DNA of 64,000 bases from Prevotellaceae bacterium (GCA_031271465.1 JAISVR010000030.1:7455-71454), one strand, 5' to 3'. Positions 46,338 through 59,533 are shown, counted from the first letter of the stretch. Program-made: numbers and translations. Notes: generated from the letters alone by a model not told the origin.

Positions 46338-47264
46338 ATGAGGGGTTTAGTAATTAAAAATACAGGTAGTTGGTACACGGTGATGCCCGATGGCGAAACT
46401 GTTACCGTTGAATGCAAAATAAAAGGCACTTTCCGGCTTAAAGGAATTCGGAGTACAAACCCGATTGCTATTGGCGACCGTGTGCAATACGACATAACGC
46501 CCGATGGCTATGGGTTGATTTCCGAAATCGAAGACCGGCGGAATTATATTGTTCGCCGATCATCGAATTTATCCAAACATTCGCATATTATTGCCGCTAA
46601 TCTTGACCAGGTTTTTTTGGTGGTTACAATCAATTATCCCGAAACTTCTACTATGTTTATCGATCGCTTTCTTGCTACTGCCGAAGCATATCGCGTTCCT
46701 GCCAAATTGATTTTCAATAAAATAGATTTGTATTCGGACGAAGAAAAAGAATATTTGGACATGTTGATTTATTTATATGAAAATATTGGTTATCCGTGTT
46801 TCAAGGTATCTGCTACAAAAAATATTGGCATTGAAGAAATTAAAACCGAGTTGAAAGATAAAATTACATTGCTTTCGGGACATTCGGGTGTAGGAAAATC
46901 GACTTTAATAAATGCTATAGACCCAACATTGAAAGCGAAAACGAGCGAAATATCGGATTATCATAACAAAGGAATGCACACAACCACATTTTCCGAAATG
47001 TTTCCGCTTGCCGGTGGCGGTTATTTGGCAGATACGCCGGGAATAAAGGGCTTTGGTACCATTGATATGAAGCCCGAAGAAGTTTCGCACTATTTCCGTG
47101 AAATTTTCGCTGTATCCAAAAATTGCCGTTTCGGTAATTGTACGCATCGTCATGAACCGGGTTGTGCTGTGCGAGAAGCAGTGGAACGACACGAAATAAG
47201 CCAATCGCGCTATACTAATTATTTGAGTATTTTGGAAGACGGTGTGAATGGGAAATATCGGTAA
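46338..47264 (+). CDS. rsgA: ribosome small-subunit-dependent GTPase A
   Basis: OB-fold N-terminus, circularly permuted GTPase motifs ([18 protein letters not shown]) and C-terminal zinc motif [14 protein letters not shown]. Confidence 0.93.
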   Translation: MRGLVIKNTGSWYTVMPDGETVTVECKIKGTFRLKGIRSTNPIAIGDRVQYDITPDGYGLISEIEDRRNYIVRRSSNLSKHSHIIAANLDQVFLVVTINYPETSTMFIDRFLATAEAYRVPAKLIFNKIDLYSDEEKEYLDMLIYLYENIGYPCFKVSATKNIGIEEIKTELKDKITLLSGHSGVGKSTLINAIDPTLKAKTSEISDYHNKGMHTTTFSEMFPLAGGGYLADTPGIKGFGTIDMKPEEVSHYFREIFAVSKNCRFGNCTHRHEPGCAVREAVERHEISQSRYTNYLSILEDGVNGKYR

Positions 47265-47281
47265 ATCAAATAGAATAACAA

Positions 47282-48433
47282 ATGAAATTTCAACAATTCA
47301 AATCCATACTAATTATTGTTGCTGCTGCGATTGTACTTTCGGCAATGTATATCAGCAACCGGATGATTGCCAAGCTGTCTGAACAGGAAACGCACAGCAT
47401 GGAAATTTGGGCGGAAGCAACGAGGCAACTCGTTGTTTACGAGGGAAGTATCGATTTGGATTTGGTATTTAAAATCTTGAATGAAAATAAAACTATTCCC
47501 GCCATTTTGGTCGATGCCAACGACAAACCGATTGACCTCGAATATGGTATTCGCAATATTAATTTGCCCGAAAATCCGAAAGAACAGGAAGAATTTATTC
47601 GTAAAAAAATTCAAGAACTTAAAACTGTCAATACGCCTATTGTAGTTCAAATAGATGGTCAAACCAAGCATTTTGTGTATTACGATCAATCTTCGATAAT
47701 AAAGAATTTACGGTGGTTTTCATACATTTTGTTTATCGTAGTAGCTCTGTTTTTAATCGTGGCATTTATGATTTTTACACAAGTGAAAAAAGCGGAGCAA
47801 AACCAAGTGTGGATAGGGCTTTCGAGAGAAACGGCACATCAACTCGGAACGCCTATTTCATCGCTTTTAGCTTGGGTTGAAATACTGAAAGATAAACAGT
47901 TGGATACAAAATTCACCAACGAAATAAGCAAAGATGTAAACCGTTTGCGGATTATTGCCGAACGATTTTCTAAAATCGGTTCAAAACCTGATTTAGAGCC
48001 TGTTAATTTTGTCGATGTGCTTGAAAATGCCGTTGCTTACCTGCGTGGACGCACTTCCAATAAAATTGTTATTACCACACATTATCAAACGGATAATATC
48101 AATTTAAAATTGAATGTTCCATTATTCGAATGGGTAGTTGAAAATCTTTGTAAAAATGCTATGGATGCCATGGATGGCGAAGGTAAAATTGATATTACCG
48201 TTTCGGAACATAACGATTCGTACTATATTGATTTCCAAGATACCGGCAAAGGAATTCCGAAATCGAAATACAAAACAGTGTTCAATCCCGGATATACAAC
48301 TAAAAAGCGTGGTTGGGGACTTGGTTTATCGCTCGTAAAACGAATTGTAGAGGAATATCACAAAGGAAAAATCTTTGTAAAACAGTCGGAAATAGGTAAG
48401 GGAACGACTTTTCGCATCCTTTTGAAAAAATAA
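47282..48433 (+). CDS. sensor histidine kinase (no cognate response regulator in window)
   Basis: Two TM segments flank a ~130-aa extracytoplasmic region. H-box SRETAHQLGTPISSL. HATPase_c N, G1 and G2 boxes (NLCKNAMDAM, DTGKGI, GWGLGLS). Confidence 0.85.
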   Translation: MKFQQFKSILIIVAAAIVLSAMYISNRMIAKLSEQETHSMEIWAEATRQLVVYEGSIDLDLVFKILNENKTIPAILVDANDKPIDLEYGIRNINLPENPKEQEEFIRKKIQELKTVNTPIVVQIDGQTKHFVYYDQSSIIKNLRWFSYILFIVVALFLIVAFMIFTQVKKAEQNQVWIGLSRETAHQLGTPISSLLAWVEILKDKQLDTKFTNEISKDVNRLRIIAERFSKIGSKPDLEPVNFVDVLENAVAYLRGRTSNKIVITTHYQTDNINLKLNVPLFEWVVENLCKNAMDAMDGEGKIDITVSEHNDSYYIDFQDTGKGIPKSKYKTVFNPGYTTKKRGWGLGLSLVKRIVEEYHKGKIFVKQSEIGKGTTFRILLKK

Positions 48434-48554
48434 ATTTTATACATAATGATTTAAAAAACAGCAGATTAAACATTTTTTTCAAAAAAAACGCATGGATTTT
48501 TTATTGCTATGATAAAATGTGTAACTTTGTGCCGTTTTTTCTAAGCCGAATTTT

Positions 48555-49121
48555 GTGGGGAAATTTGATTTGTATAAAATTCAACTGAAATCTCTTTTGG
48601 AGGAAAATTATTCTTTTCAATATGAATTGAATAACGATTTCTTTGAGAAAATAGACAGTCCCGAAGTGCAAAAAGGTAGCGTAACAGCTATCGTTACGCT
48701 GAGCAAAAAGGCAAATACATTCGAGCTCAATTTTGTTTTGGAAGGCGTTGTGATAGTAGCTTGCGATCGCTGTTTGGACGAAATGGAGCAGCCGATAAAT
48801 TATCGGGGAAAGATGATTGTGAAATTCGGTAAAGAATTTTCGCAGGAAGATGATGATATCGTGATTGTTCCCGAAGCAGAAGGAGAAATAAACATAGCAT
48901 GGTTTTTGTACGAGTTCATCGTGTTGAGCATTCCTGCAAAATGTATTCATGCACCGGGCAAATGTAACAAAATCATGGCGTCGAAACTCAGAAAACACTT
49001 GGTGCTCGACCATGATGACGATGAGAATGAGAATTTTGACGAAGTTGATTTAACCGGCGAAGACAATGAAACAACAGTCGACCCGCGATGGGACGGACTA
49101 AGAAATATAATAAATAATTAA
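48555..49121 (+). CDS. YceD/DUF177 family 23S rRNA accumulation protein
   Basis: 188 aa with a CDRC...C..PGKC cysteine pattern. Sits in the conserved position immediately upstream of rpmF. Confidence 0.8.
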   Translation: MGKFDLYKIQLKSLLEENYSFQYELNNDFFEKIDSPEVQKGSVTAIVTLSKKANTFELNFVLEGVVIVACDRCLDEMEQPINYRGKMIVKFGKEFSQEDDDIVIVPEAEGEINIAWFLYEFIVLSIPAKCIHAPGKCNKIMASKLRKHLVLDHDDDENENFDEVDLTGEDNETTVDPRWDGLRNIINN

Positions 49122-49132
49122 AGGTCAAAAAA

Positions 49133-49318
49133 ATGGCACATCCAAAGAGAAGACAATCGAAAAGAAGAACCGCAGCGCGCAGAACGCACGATAAAGCGGT
49201 AGCTCCTGCGTTGGCAGTATGTTCAAACTGTGGCGCAATGCACATTTATCACACTGTATGTGGCGAATGTGGTTATTACAAAGGTAAATTGGCAATTGAA
49301 AAAGTTGCAGTAGCTTAA
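49133..49318 (+). CDS. rpmF: 50S ribosomal protein L32
   Basis: MAHPKRRQSKRRTAARRTH... with a CxxC...CxxC zinc ribbon. 61 aa. Confidence 0.95.
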   Translation: MAHPKRRQSKRRTAARRTHDKAVAPALAVCSNCGAMHIYHTVCGECGYYKGKLAIEKVAVA

Positions 49319-49441
49319 AAAAGTTATTTTCCAGCCCGACATTTTATAAAAATATTCGGTAAAATAAAAAAAGGTATTGCCCTGAAAGAGTATTTTGGGG
49401 CAACTTTTTTAAAAATACCTGAATTAATATAGAACACCATC

Positions 49442-50446
49442 ATGAAACAAGCTGCAATTACCGGTATTGGCGGATATGTCCCCGATTACATTCTTGATAA
49501 CGACGAAATCAGTCGTATGGTAGATACTACCGACGAATGGATAATGACCCGCATTGGCATCAAAGAGCGCCGCATACTGAAAGGAGAGGGGCTTGGCTCC
49601 TCATTTATGGGCGAAAAAGCAGTGCGTCAATTGCTTGAAAAAACCGGCACTCGTCCTGAGGAAATTGAAGTGTTGATTTGTGCGACCACTACCCCTGACC
49701 ATTTTTTCCCAAATACAGCTTCTATTATTGCTGAAAAAAACGGAATCAAAAATACGATAGCTTTTGATATGGCAGCCGCTTGTTCGGGTTTTCTATTTGC
49801 TCTCGAAACGGGTGCGAATTTTATTGCTTCGGGCAAATATAAGAAAGTGATAGTAGTAGCTGCTGAAAAAATGTCGTCGATAACCGATTATACCGATCGA
49901 ACTACTTGTCCGCTTTTTGGCGATGCTGCCGCTGCGGTGTTGTTGGAGCCTTCCGAAGATGGCTTTGGTTTGATGGACAGCATACTTCGAACAGACGGAG
50001 TGGGTTCTTCACATCTGTATATGAAAGCGGGAGGTTCAGCCTATCCGGCAACTATTGAAACGGTTACAAAGCGTGAACACTTTATCTATCAAGAAGGACA
50101 AGCAGTGTTTAAATACGCTGTAACCAATATGGCAGATGTTTCGGCTGAAATAATGGAGCGCAATCATCTCTCGAAAGATGATGTAGCATGGTTTGTGCCG
50201 CATCAAGCAAATTTGCGAATTATCGATGCCGCAGTAAAACGCACAGGTGTGGATTACGATAAAGTGATGATAAACATTCAGCGTTATGGAAATACTTCAG
50301 GTGTGTCTATTCCGCTTTGTCTTTGGGAATGGGAGCCTAAACTCAAAAAAGGAGACAATGTTATTTGTGCAGCTTTTGGCGCAGGATTCACTTGGGGTTC
50401 GGTTTATCTTAAATGGGCTTACGACGGCGAAAAATTTGCAAAATAA
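49442..50446 (+). CDS. fabH: beta-ketoacyl-ACP synthase III
   Basis: Active-site context AAACSGF, plus HQAN and GNTS motifs. 334 aa. Confidence 0.94.
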   Translation: MKQAAITGIGGYVPDYILDNDEISRMVDTTDEWIMTRIGIKERRILKGEGLGSSFMGEKAVRQLLEKTGTRPEEIEVLICATTTPDHFFPNTASIIAEKNGIKNTIAFDMAAACSGFLFALETGANFIASGKYKKVIVVAAEKMSSITDYTDRTTCPLFGDAAAAVLLEPSEDGFGLMDSILRTDGVGSSHLYMKAGGSAYPATIETVTKREHFIYQEGQAVFKYAVTNMADVSAEIMERNHLSKDDVAWFVPHQANLRIIDAAVKRTGVDYDKVMINIQRYGNTSGVSIPLCLWEWEPKLKKGDNVICAAFGAGFTWGSVYLKWAYDGEKFAK

Positions 50447-50473
50447 CTTAGATATTAAATTAAAATAGAAATT

Positions 50474-51040
50474 ATGGCTACTACGGCAGATATTAAAAAT
50501 GGCATGTGTCTTGATATTGATGGACAATATTATTTTATTGTGGAATTCCTCCATGTAAAACCGGGCAAAGGACCCGCTTTTGTTCGCACAAAAATGAAAA
50601 ATGTGGTAACAGGTAGAATTCTCGAGCGGACTTTCAATGCTGGAGTGCGTGTAGAAGAAGTGCGAATCGAACGCCGTCCGCATCAGTTTCTTTACAAGGA
50701 AGGCGATGATGCCTATACTCTTATGGATAACGAAAGTTACGAGCAAATTACCGTAGGAAAATCAACAATTAACGGTGTGGATTTCATGAAAGAAGGCGAT
50801 GTGGTAGAAGTGGTTGTAAAAGCCGGCGACGAAACAGTGCTGTATATTGATATGCCTGTGAGTACCGTGCTTGAAATAACCTACACCGAACCCGGTTTAA
50901 AAGGCGATACCGCTACCAATGCTACAAAACCTGCCACCGTAGAAACGGGCGCCACAGTGCGTGTGCCTCTGTTTATCAATACGGGGGAGAAAATCAAGGT
51001 GGATACTCGTGACGGTTCGTATGTAGAACGAGTGAAATAA
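50474..51040 (+). CDS. efp: elongation factor P
   Basis: 188 aa, with [16 protein letters not shown] and the three-domain EF-P pattern. Confidence 0.95.
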   Translation: MATTADIKNGMCLDIDGQYYFIVEFLHVKPGKGPAFVRTKMKNVVTGRILERTFNAGVRVEEVRIERRPHQFLYKEGDDAYTLMDNESYEQITVGKSTINGVDFMKEGDVVEVVVKAGDETVLYIDMPVSTVLEITYTEPGLKGDTATNATKPATVETGATVRVPLFINTGEKIKVDTRDGSYVERVK

Positions 51041-51126
51041 AAAAAACTCTTGTTTGAATTTAAAAGAGTGTAAACCACATTGTTTGCACTTTTTTTATGT
51101 TTCAATGAAAAATATTTTTGAAAACA

Positions 51127-51157
51127 TTTGTGGATAAAAATAAAGATTGTATCTTTG
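51127..51157 (+). promoter_or_regulatory. TTTG-N19-TATCTTTG promoter upstream of rpsL
   Basis: TTTG at 51127-51130 and TATCTTTG at 51150-51157, about 50 nt before the rpsL ATG. Confidence 0.55.
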
Positions 51158-51209
51158 CAGCCCAATTTATAAAATTGTACCTATAAATAAAGTTTAAAAA
51201 CAAAGAAAA

Positions 51210-51611
51210 ATGCCTACTATTCAGCAATTAGTAAGAAAAGGAAGAACGGAACTGACTGAGAAAAGCAAGTCGCCTGCGCTGGATTCTTGCCCTCAACGGA
51301 GAGGTGTTTGTGTGCGTGTATATACAACTACGCCCAAAAAACCAAACTCTGCGATGCGTAAAGTTGCCCGTGTACGCCTTACCAATCAAAAAGAAGTAAA
51401 TGCCTATATCCCGGGCGAAGGACACAATCTGCAAGAACACTCAATTGTGTTAGTGCGTGGTGGTCGTGTAAAAGACCTTCCGGGTGTTCGTTATCACATT
51501 GTTCGTGGAACACTGGATACCGCCGGAGTAAATGGTCGTACTCAACGCCGTTCTAAATACGGAGCAAAACGCCCAAAACCGGGACAAGCTCCGGCAAAAG
51601 GTAAAAAATAA
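51210..51611 (+). CDS. rpsL: 30S ribosomal protein S12
   Basis: [12 protein letters not shown]...[11 protein letters not shown]... Conserved sequence and str-operon position. Confidence 0.97.
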   Translation: MPTIQQLVRKGRTELTEKSKSPALDSCPQRRGVCVRVYTTTPKKPNSAMRKVARVRLTNQKEVNAYIPGEGHNLQEHSIVLVRGGRVKDLPGVRYHIVRGTLDTAGVNGRTQRRSKYGAKRPKPGQAPAKGKK

Positions 51612-51712
51612 ATTTATAAAATAGAAAAATAAATTCTTGTCAATATTTAAGTTGAGTAAACCGCTCGGTGGAGTAGTTGAAGACTAAGACAGCTAAAAAA
51701 AATATTTAACTA

Positions 51713-52189
51713 ATGAGAAAGTCAAAACCTAAAAAACGGGTTATCCTCCCGGATCCTGTTTTTAATGAGGTGTCTGTTACCAGATTTGTAAACCATCTTA
51801 TGTATGATGGTAAAAAAAGTGTCGCATTCGATATCTTCTATAGTTCGCTTGACACAGTAAAGACTAAACTTCCCAACGAAGAATCACTTCCTCTTGATAT
51901 TTGGAAGAGAGCTCTCGACAATATCACACCTCAAGTAGAGGTGAAATCTCGTCGTATCGGTGGTGCAACATTCCAAGTTCCTACCGAAATCCGTCCCGAC
52001 CGTAAAGAGTCGATTTCAATGAAAAATCTTATTCAATATGCCCGCAAACGCAGTGGTCGCTCGATGGCTGATAAGCTGGCTGCCGAAATCGTTGATGCCT
52101 TTAATAGCCAAGGAGGAGCATATAAACGCAAAGAGGATATGCACCGTATGGCTGAAGCAAACCGTGCATTTGCTCATTTTAAATTTTAA
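51713..52189 (+). CDS. rpsG: 30S ribosomal protein S7
   Basis: Conserved S7 sequence, positioned between rpsL and fusA. Confidence 0.97.
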   Translation: MRKSKPKKRVILPDPVFNEVSVTRFVNHLMYDGKKSVAFDIFYSSLDTVKTKLPNEESLPLDIWKRALDNITPQVEVKSRRIGGATFQVPTEIRPDRKESISMKNLIQYARKRSGRSMADKLAAEIVDAFNSQGGAYKRKEDMHRMAEANRAFAHFKF

Positions 52190-52207
52190 TTTAGGAGAAG
52201 AACAAAA

Positions 52208-54325
52208 ATGGCAAAAGGCGATTTAAGTTATACAAGAAATATTGGTATCATGGCTCACATTGATGCCGGAAAAACAACCACATCAGAGCGTATTCTTTTT
52301 TATACCGGTTTGACACACAAAATCGGTGAAGTACACGATGGTGCCGCTACGATGGACTGGATGGAGCAAGAGCAAGAGCGTGGAATTACCATTACCTCTG
52401 CAGCAACAACAGCGCGCTGGAAATATAACAACGACGAATATAAAATCAACTTGATTGACACTCCGGGGCATGTGGACTTTACCGTAGAAGTAGAGCGTTC
52501 GCTTCGTATCCTTGACGGAGCTGTAGCTGCATTCTGTGCCGTAGGTGGTGTAGAGCCTCAATCGGAAACCGTTTGGCGTCAAGCAGACAAATATGAAGTT
52601 CCTCGTATCGGTTATGTAAACAAAATGGACCGTTCGGGAGCTAACTTCTTTGAGGTAGTTCGTCAAGTAAAAGAAGTATTGGGAGCAAATCCATGTCCGA
52701 TTCAAATTCCAATCGGTGCCGAAGAAAAATTCAAAGGTATTGTGGATTTGGTAACTATGAAAGCATACTTCTGGCCCGATGAGGCTATGGGAGCTAACTA
52801 TGTTATCGAAGAAATCCCTGCCGAATTCAAAGCCGAAGCCGAAGAATGGAGAGAAAAAATGTTGGAGAAAATTGCAGAATGTGATGATACATTGATGGAG
52901 AAATATTTCGATGACCCATCAACCATCACCGAAGCTGAAATTATGACAGCTATCCGCAAAGGAACAATTGCAATGCAAATTAACCCTATGATTTGCGGTT
53001 CTTCATTTAAAAATAAAGGAGTACAATGTTTGCTCGATGCAGTATGTAAATACTTGCCAAGTCCGCTTGATATCGATGCAATCAGAGGTACAGACCCACG
53101 CAACCCTGAAAAAGAAATCACACGCAAACCGGATGCAAGCGAGCCATTGACAGCTCTTGCATTTAAAATTGCGACAGACCCATTTGTAGGTCGTTTGTGT
53201 TTCTTCCGTGTATATTCAGGTAAATTGGAAGCAGGTTCGTATGTGTACAACGCGCGTTCGGACAAAAAAGAGCGTATTTCGCGCATCTTCCAAATGCACT
53301 CAAACAAACAAAATCCGGTTGAAGTAATTTCAGCAGGAGATATAGGTGCCGGAGTAGGTTTCAAAGACATTCGCACCGGCGATACGCTTTGCGACGAAAA
53401 AGCTCCCATCGTTCTTGAATCAATGGACTTCCCGGATCCTGTAATCGGTATCTCTGTAGAGCCTAAAACTCAAAAAGATATGGATAAATTAGGCTTAGGT
53501 TTGTCTAAATTAGCAGAAGAAGATCCGACATTCCGCGTAAAAACAAACGAAGAAACAGGTCAAACTGTTATCGAAGGGATGGGTGAGCTTCACTTGGAAA
53601 TCATCATCGACCGCTTGAAACGCGAGTTTAAAGTAGAATGCAACCAAGGTCGTCCACAAGTAGCCTATAAAGAAACGATTACTCAAACAGTAGAACTTCG
53701 TGAAGTGTACAAAAAACAATCCGGAGGTCGCGGTAAATTTGCCGATATCATTGTAAAAGTAGGTCCTGTGGACGAAGGTTTCGAAGGCGGATTGCAATTT
53801 ATTGACGAAGTAAAAGGAGGTAACATTCCAAAAGAATTTATCCCATCCGTACAAAAAGGTTTCGCAGCCGCTATGAAAAATGGTGTGTTGGCAGGCTTTA
53901 CAGTGGAGCAATTAAAAGTGGTTTTGGTAGATGGTTCTTTCCACCCTGTGGATTCCGACCAATTATCATTCGAAATCTGTGCGCAAATTGCATTTAAAAC
54001 AGCCTGCGCTAAAGCTCGTCCGGTATTGTTAGAACCAATTATGAAATTGGAAGTAGTAACGCCGGAAGAAAACATGGGAGATGTAATCGGCGACTTAAAC
54101 AAACGCCGCGGTCAAGTAGAAGGAATGGAATCAAGTCGTTCCGGTGCTCGTATCGTAAAAGCAAAAGTGCCTTTGGCAGAATTGTTTGGATATGTAACCG
54201 CACTTCGTACCATTACTTCAGGTCGTGCAACTTCATCAATGGAGTTTTCACACTATGCAGAAGTTTCTACTTCAATAGCTAAAGAAGTAGTTGCCGAAGC
54301 AAAAGGAAAAGTAGAACTTTTGTAA
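52208..54325 (+). CDS. fusA: elongation factor G
   Basis: GTPase G1-G4 motifs ([18 protein letters not shown]). 705 aa, full five-domain length. Confidence 0.97.
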   Translation: MAKGDLSYTRNIGIMAHIDAGKTTTSERILFYTGLTHKIGEVHDGAATMDWMEQEQERGITITSAATTARWKYNNDEYKINLIDTPGHVDFTVEVERSLRILDGAVAAFCAVGGVEPQSETVWRQADKYEVPRIGYVNKMDRSGANFFEVVRQVKEVLGANPCPIQIPIGAEEKFKGIVDLVTMKAYFWPDEAMGANYVIEEIPAEFKAEAEEWREKMLEKIAECDDTLMEKYFDDPSTITEAEIMTAIRKGTIAMQINPMICGSSFKNKGVQCLLDAVCKYLPSPLDIDAIRGTDPRNPEKEITRKPDASEPLTALAFKIATDPFVGRLCFFRVYSGKLEAGSYVYNARSDKKERISRIFQMHSNKQNPVEVISAGDIGAGVGFKDIRTGDTLCDEKAPIVLESMDFPDPVIGISVEPKTQKDMDKLGLGLSKLAEEDPTFRVKTNEETGQTVIEGMGELHLEIIIDRLKREFKVECNQGRPQVAYKETITQTVELREVYKKQSGGRGKFADIIVKVGPVDEGFEGGLQFIDEVKGGNIPKEFIPSVQKGFAAAMKNGVLAGFTVEQLKVVLVDGSFHPVDSDQLSFEICAQIAFKTACAKARPVLLEPIMKLEVVTPEENMGDVIGDLNKRRGQVEGMESSRSGARIVKAKVPLAELFGYVTALRTITSGRATSSMEFSHYAEVSTSIAKEVVAEAKGKVELL

Positions 54326-54393
54326 ATAATCTTTCGGAGTTAGAAAATGACTCTTAATTCCGAAAAAACAATAATGTATAATTAACAAAAAAG

Positions 54394-54699
54394 ATGAGTC
54401 AAAAAATTAGAATTAAACTAAAATCTTACGACCACAATTTGGTTGACAAATCAGCCGAAAAAATCGTAAAAACAGTAAAAGCTACCGGAGCAGCAGTAAG
54501 CGGACCCATTCCATTGCCAACGCACAAACGCATTTTCACGGTAAACCGTGCAACATTCGTAAACAAAAAATCGCGCGAGCAATTTGAATTGTCATCTTAC
54601 AAAAGATTAATCGACATCTACAGCTCAACAGCAAAAACAGTAGATGCTTTGATGAAACTTGAATTACCAAGCGGTGTAGAAGTAGAAATCAAAGTCTAA
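54394..54699 (+). CDS. rpsJ: 30S ribosomal protein S10
   Basis: Conserved sequence. First gene of the S10 operon order. Confidence 0.97.
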   Translation: MSQKIRIKLKSYDHNLVDKSAEKIVKTVKATGAAVSGPIPLPTHKRIFTVNRATFVNKKSREQFELSSYKRLIDIYSSTAKTVDALMKLELPSGVEVEIKV

Positions 54700-54735
54700 G
54701 AAAATAAAAAACTAACATTATTAATAAAAATTGAA

Positions 54736-55356
54736 ATGCCAGGATTAATAGGAAAAAAAATCGGAATGACATCCGTTTTCAGTGCCGAGGGTAAAAATAT
54801 ACCATGCACTGTTATCGAAGCTGGTCCTTGTGTTGTTACGCAAATCAAGACTGTGGAAACCGACGGTTATTCGTCGTTGCAGTTGGGTTTCTCCGAAAAA
54901 AAGGAAAAACACACTACAAAGCCCGAATTGGGTCATGCCAAAAAGGCAGGCGTAGCACCTCAGCGACACTTGGTTGAGTTCAAGGGTTTTGAAAACGAAT
55001 ACAAGCTCGGCGATGCTATTGCTGCTGCCGATTTGTTTGAAGAAGCCGACTGGGTAGATGTGGTAGGCACATCGAAAGGTAAAGGTTTTCAAGGGGTGGT
55101 AAAACGCCACGGTTTTGGTGGAGTAGGTCAGTCTACTCACGGTCAGCACAACCGATTGCGTGCTCCGGGTTCTGTCGGTGCAGCATCATATCCCGCGAAA
55201 GTAGTAAAAGGTATGCGCATGGCAGGTCGCATGGGTGGTGACAAAGTTACCGTTCAAAACTTGCAAGTGTTAAAAGTAATTCCCGAACACAATTTATTGC
55301 TGGTCAAAGGTTCGGTTCCGGGAGCAAAAGGTTCAATCGTAATCATCAATAAGTAA
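54736..55356 (+). CDS. rplC: 50S ribosomal protein L3
   Basis: Conserved sequence and operon order. Confidence 0.97.
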   Translation: MPGLIGKKIGMTSVFSAEGKNIPCTVIEAGPCVVTQIKTVETDGYSSLQLGFSEKKEKHTTKPELGHAKKAGVAPQRHLVEFKGFENEYKLGDAIAAADLFEEADWVDVVGTSKGKGFQGVVKRHGFGGVGQSTHGQHNRLRAPGSVGAASYPAKVVKGMRMAGRMGGDKVTVQNLQVLKVIPEHNLLLVKGSVPGAKGSIVIINK

Positions 55357-55357
55357 T

Positions 55358-55987
55358 ATGGAACTCAGTGTATTAGACATAACCGGAAAAGACACCGGAA
55401 AAAAAGTAGTATTGAATGATGCTATTTATGGTATTGAGCCAAACGACCATGCTATTTATTTAGATGTAAAACAGTATTTGGCAAATCAGCGACAAGGTAC
55501 GCATAAAGCGAAACAACGCAGTGAAATGTCGGGTAGTACGAAAAAACTTGGTCGTCAAAAAGGTGGCGGCGGTGCTCGTCGAGGCGATATTAACTCGCCT
55601 GTATTAGTGGGTGGCGCTCGCGTATTTGGACCTGTTCCGCGCGATTATGGATTCAAGTTGAATAAAAAAGTAAAACAACTGGCGCGTAAATCGGCTTTGT
55701 CTTATAAGGCAAAAGAAGAGAGTATCGTGGTAGTGGATAATATCAACTTTGAAGTTCCAAAGACAAAAGAATTTATTGCTTTGACAAATAATTTGAAAAT
55801 TTCCGATGAAAAATTGCTTATTGTGTTGTCGGAAGTGAATAAAAATGTATATTTGTCGGCTCGTAATTTAAAAAATGCAGAGGTGATAACTGCTTCAGAA
55901 TTAAATACATATAAAATTTTGAATGCAAAATCGCTTGTAATGACAGAGGGTTCTGTTGCTGCTGTTGAACAAATTTTTAACGCATAA
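55358..55987 (+). CDS. rplD: 50S ribosomal protein L4
   Basis: Conserved sequence and operon order. Confidence 0.97.
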   Translation: MELSVLDITGKDTGKKVVLNDAIYGIEPNDHAIYLDVKQYLANQRQGTHKAKQRSEMSGSTKKLGRQKGGGGARRGDINSPVLVGGARVFGPVPRDYGFKLNKKVKQLARKSALSYKAKEESIVVVDNINFEVPKTKEFIALTNNLKISDEKLLIVLSEVNKNVYLSARNLKNAEVITASELNTYKILNAKSLVMTEGSVAAVEQIFNA

Positions 55988-55999
55988 GGAGATTACACA

Positions 56000-56290
56000 A
56001 TGGCAATAATCATTAAACCTATCGTCACAGAGAAGATGACGCAATTGACGGATAAACTTAACAGATACGGTTTTCGTGTAGATAAAAACGCGAATAAAAT
56101 TGAAATTAAGAATGCCGTTCAAGATATGTACAATGTAACCGTAGTGGCTGTAAATACAGCGGTTATACCGGGTAAGAAAAAATCGCGCTATACTAAAGGC
56201 GGTCTTATCAAGGGAGCTACCAGCGACTATAAAAAAGCAATCGTTACATTGAAAGAAGGAGAACAAATAGATTTTTATAGCAATATTTAA
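56000..56290 (+). CDS. rplW: 50S ribosomal protein L23
   Basis: Conserved sequence and operon order. Confidence 0.96.
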   Translation: MAIIIKPIVTEKMTQLTDKLNRYGFRVDKNANKIEIKNAVQDMYNVTVVAVNTAVIPGKKKSRYTKGGLIKGATSDYKKAIVTLKEGEQIDFYSNI

Positions 56291-56296
56291 AAGAAA

Positions 56297-57121
56297 ATGG
56301 CTGTACGCAAATTAAGACCTACAACACCGGGTCAGAGACACAAAATTATCGGAACATTCGACACAATTACTTCCAGTGTTCCGGAGAAATCTCTTGTAGT
56401 TGGCGTGTCCAAATCGGGCGGGCGCAACAGTGATGGCAAGATGACCATGCGCTATATCGGCGGTGGGCACAAGAGAAAATATAGAGTAATTGATTTCAAA
56501 AGAAATAAAGACGGTGTTCCAGCAGTAGTAAAAACCATCGAATACGACCCAAATCGTTCGGCTCGCATTGCATTGTTGTTTTACGCTGATGGTGAAAAAC
56601 GATACATCTTGGCTCCAAATGGACTCCAAGTTGGTCAAACTCTCATGTCGGGAGCCGATGCAGCTCCTGAAGTTGGAAACGCATTGCCTTTGAGCGAAAT
56701 ACCACTGGGTACGGTTATCCACAACATTGAAATGAATCCCGGACAGGGAGCCGCTTTGGTGCGCTCGGCAGGTACTTTTGCTCAGTTGGCTTCTCGTGAA
56801 GGCAATTACGCAATTATCAAACTACCTTCGGGTGAAGTGCGTAAAATTCTTTCGGCTTGCAAAGCTACCGTGGGTAGTGTAGGTAATTCCGACCACGCGT
56901 TGGAGCGTTCGGGTAAAGCCGGTCGTTCGCGTTGGCAAGGTCGTCGCCCACGAGTTCGTGGTGTGGTAATGAACCCTGTAGATCACCCAATGGGCGGTGG
57001 TGAAGGTCGTGCCTCGGGTGGACATCCTCGTTCGCGCAAAGGCTTGTTGGCTAAAGGTTACAAAACTCGTGCTCCTAAAAAAGCTTCGAGCAAGTATATT
57101 ATTGAAAGAAAGAAAAAATAA
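56297..57121 (+). CDS. rplB: 50S ribosomal protein L2
   Basis: Conserved sequence ([19 protein letters not shown]) and operon order. Confidence 0.97.
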   Translation: MAVRKLRPTTPGQRHKIIGTFDTITSSVPEKSLVVGVSKSGGRNSDGKMTMRYIGGGHKRKYRVIDFKRNKDGVPAVVKTIEYDPNRSARIALLFYADGEKRYILAPNGLQVGQTLMSGADAAPEVGNALPLSEIPLGTVIHNIEMNPGQGAALVRSAGTFAQLASREGNYAIIKLPSGEVRKILSACKATVGSVGNSDHALERSGKAGRSRWQGRRPRVRGVVMNPVDHPMGGGEGRASGGHPRSRKGLLAKGYKTRAPKKASSKYIIERKKK

Positions 57122-57143
57122 TCGATTAAATTAAGTAGATAAT

Positions 57144-57413
57144 ATGAGTCGTTCATTAAAAAAAGGACCCTACATCAACCTGAAGCTCGAAAAGAAAGTG
57201 TTGGACATGAATGAAAACGGCAAAAAAACCGTAGTAAAAACATGGGCGCGCGCTTCGATGATTTCACCTGATTTCGTAGGACATACAATTGCAGTTCACA
57301 ACGGAAATAAATTTATCCCTGTTTACATCACCGAAAATATGGTAGGACACAAATTGGGCGAATTTTCACCCACTCGCAACTTCCGCGGTCATGCAGGTAA
57401 TAAGAAAAAATAA
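57144..57413 (+). CDS. rpsS: 30S ribosomal protein S19
   Basis: [10 protein letters not shown]...HNG..F... Conserved sequence and operon order. Confidence 0.97.
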   Translation: MSRSLKKGPYINLKLEKKVLDMNENGKKTVVKTWARASMISPDFVGHTIAVHNGNKFIPVYITENMVGHKLGEFSPTRNFRGHAGNKKK

Positions 57414-57454
57414 ACCGTTGAATAACAGATAAAAAATAAAAATATCTAAATAAA

Positions 57455-57862
57455 ATGGGTAAAAGAAAACATATTTCTGCAGAAGAAAGAAAAGAAGCTC
57501 AAAAAAGCCTTTACTTCGCCAAATTGAACAATGTGCCTTCGTCGCCGCGCAAAATGCGCTTGTTGGCAGATTTGATTCGTGGAATGGAAGTTAGTAAAGC
57601 TCTCGGAGTATTGAAATTCTCCACCAAAGAAGCTTCTGGAAAATTGGAAAAGCTTTTGCGTTCGGCAATAGCTAACTGGGAACAAAAAACAGAGCAAAAA
57701 GCAGAGGATGCTACGCTTTATGTAAGCTCTATTTCTGTCGATTCGGCACGAATGCTTAAACGCCTTCGTCCCGCTCCACAAGGAAGAGGTTATCGCATTC
57801 GCAAGCGTTCAAACCATGTAACTCTGTTTGTCGATACAAAAAATACTAACGAACAAAATTAA
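57455..57862 (+). CDS. rplV: 50S ribosomal protein L22
   Basis: Conserved sequence and operon order. Confidence 0.96.
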   Translation: MGKRKHISAEERKEAQKSLYFAKLNNVPSSPRKMRLLADLIRGMEVSKALGVLKFSTKEASGKLEKLLRSAIANWEQKTEQKAEDATLYVSSISVDSARMLKRLRPAPQGRGYRIRKRSNHVTLFVDTKNTNEQN

Positions 57863-57869
57863 TAGCTAA

Positions 57870-58604
57870 ATGGGACAGAAAGTAAATCCAATAAGTAATC
57901 GTCTGGGTATTATCAGAGGTTGGGATTCCAACTGGTACGGAGGAAACAACTACGGCGATACTCTGCTGGAAGACAGCAAAATCAGGAAATACCTGAATGC
58001 TCGTTTAGCAAAAGCAAGTGTAGCTCGCATCGTTATTGAAAGAACTCTCAAATTGGTTACTATCACCGTTTGCACTGCTCGTCCGGGTATCATCATCGGA
58101 AAAGGTGGACAAGAGGTAGATAAACTGAAAGAAGAGTTGAAGAAAATTACCGATAAAGATGTACAAATCAACATATTCGAAATTAAGCGTCCCGAACTTG
58201 ATGCCGTTATCGTAGCGAATAATATCGCCCGTCAGGTGGAAGGAAAAATTGCTTACCGTCGCGCCGTAAAAATGGCTATCGCATCAACAATGCGTATGGG
58301 TGCCGAAGGTATCAAAATCTTGGTTTCGGGAAGGTTGAATGGAGCCGAAATGGCTCGCTCGGAAATGTATAAAGAAGGAAGAACTCCTTTGCATACCCTC
58401 CGTGCCGACATCGATTATGCTCATGGTGAAGCCTTGACTAAAGTAGGTTTGATTGGTATTAAAGTGTGGATTTGTCGTGGAGAAGTTTACGGCAAAAAAG
58501 ACTTGGCACCTAACTTTACTTCGGATAAAGCATCTTCCCATTCATCGGGCAGTGAGCGTCGCGATGGAGCCCCTAAGGGTTTCAGAAAAAGAAAAAATAA
58601 ATAA
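57870..58604 (+). CDS. rpsC: 30S ribosomal protein S3
   Basis: [14 protein letters not shown] domain, and operon order. Confidence 0.97.
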   Translation: MGQKVNPISNRLGIIRGWDSNWYGGNNYGDTLLEDSKIRKYLNARLAKASVARIVIERTLKLVTITVCTARPGIIIGKGGQEVDKLKEELKKITDKDVQINIFEIKRPELDAVIVANNIARQVEGKIAYRRAVKMAIASTMRMGAEGIKILVSGRLNGAEMARSEMYKEGRTPLHTLRADIDYAHGEALTKVGLIGIKVWICRGEVYGKKDLAPNFTSDKASSHSSGSERRDGAPKGFRKRKNK

Positions 58605-58625
58605 TTAAATTGAATTGTAAAAATC

Positions 58626-59060
58626 ATGTTACAACCAAAGAAGACTAAATTCAGAAGACAACAGAAAGGTCGTATGAAGGGTAATGCCCAACGAGGCAAC
58701 CAATTGGCTTTTGGTTCTTTTGGCATAAAATCGTTAGAGACAAAATGGATAACCGGTCGTCAGATTGAAGCTGCCCGTATTGCTGTAACTCGTTATATGC
58801 AAAGACAAGGACAAATTTGGATACGAATTTTTCCCGACAAACCTATAACTAAAAAGCCGGCAGAAGTGCGTATGGGTAAAGGTAAAGGTTCGCCTGAGGG
58901 TTTTGTTGCTCCCATAACGCCTGGACGCATAATTATTGAAGTAGAAGGCGTAGCTTTCGATATTGCCAAAGAAGCATTGCGCTTGGCAGCTCAGAAATTG
59001 CCCGTTACTACAAAATTCGTTATCAGGAGAGATTATGACACAACTTCTTTAAATGCGTAG
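58626..59060 (+). CDS. rplP: 50S ribosomal protein L16
   Basis: [16 protein letters not shown]... Conserved sequence and operon order. Confidence 0.97.
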   Translation: MLQPKKTKFRRQQKGRMKGNAQRGNQLAFGSFGIKSLETKWITGRQIEAARIAVTRYMQRQGQIWIRIFPDKPITKKPAEVRMGKGKGSPEGFVAPITPGRIIIEVEGVAFDIAKEALRLAAQKLPVTTKFVIRRDYDTTSLNA

Positions 59061-59064
59061 GATT

Positions 59065-59262
59065 ATGAAAACAAGAGAAATCAAAGAATTATCAACGACT
59101 GAAATTGAAGAACAGTTGGACAACAACCGGGTTTTGTTGAATCGCCTGACCTTGAACCACAGTATTTCTCCGCTTGACAATCCGATGCAGATTAAAGCAA
59201 TGAGAAAAACGATTGCTAAAATGAAAACGGAATTGCGTCAGCGAGAAATTAACCAACAATAA
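59065..59262 (+). CDS. rpmC: 50S ribosomal protein L29
   Basis: Start set at [11 protein letters not shown] (59065), four codons inside the ORF-track start. Operon order supports the call. Confidence 0.93.
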   Translation: MKTREIKELSTTEIEEQLDNNRVLLNRLTLNHSISPLDNPMQIKAMRKTIAKMKTELRQREINQQ

Positions 59263-59275
59263 TAATTATATTGTA

Positions 59276-59533
59276 ATGGAAACAAGAAATTTAAGAAAAG
59301 AACGCTCGGGTATTGTTTCAAGCAACAAAATGGATAAAACCATTACCGTTGCAGTGAAATGGAAAGAAAAACACCCGATATACGGTAAATTCGTTAATAA
59401 AACGAAGAAATTTCATGCTCACGATGAGAAAAACGAATGCAACATAGGAGATATTGTACGCATTATGGAAACTCGTCCGCTGAGTAAAACAAAAAGATGG
59501 AGATTAGTAGAAATAATCGAAAGAGTTAAGTAA
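59276..59533 (+). CDS. rpsQ: 30S ribosomal protein S17
   Basis: Conserved sequence and operon order. Confidence 0.96.
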   Translation: METRNLRKERSGIVSSNKMDKTITVAVKWKEKHPIYGKFVNKTKKFHAHDEKNECNIGDIVRIMETRPLSKTKRWRLVEIIERVK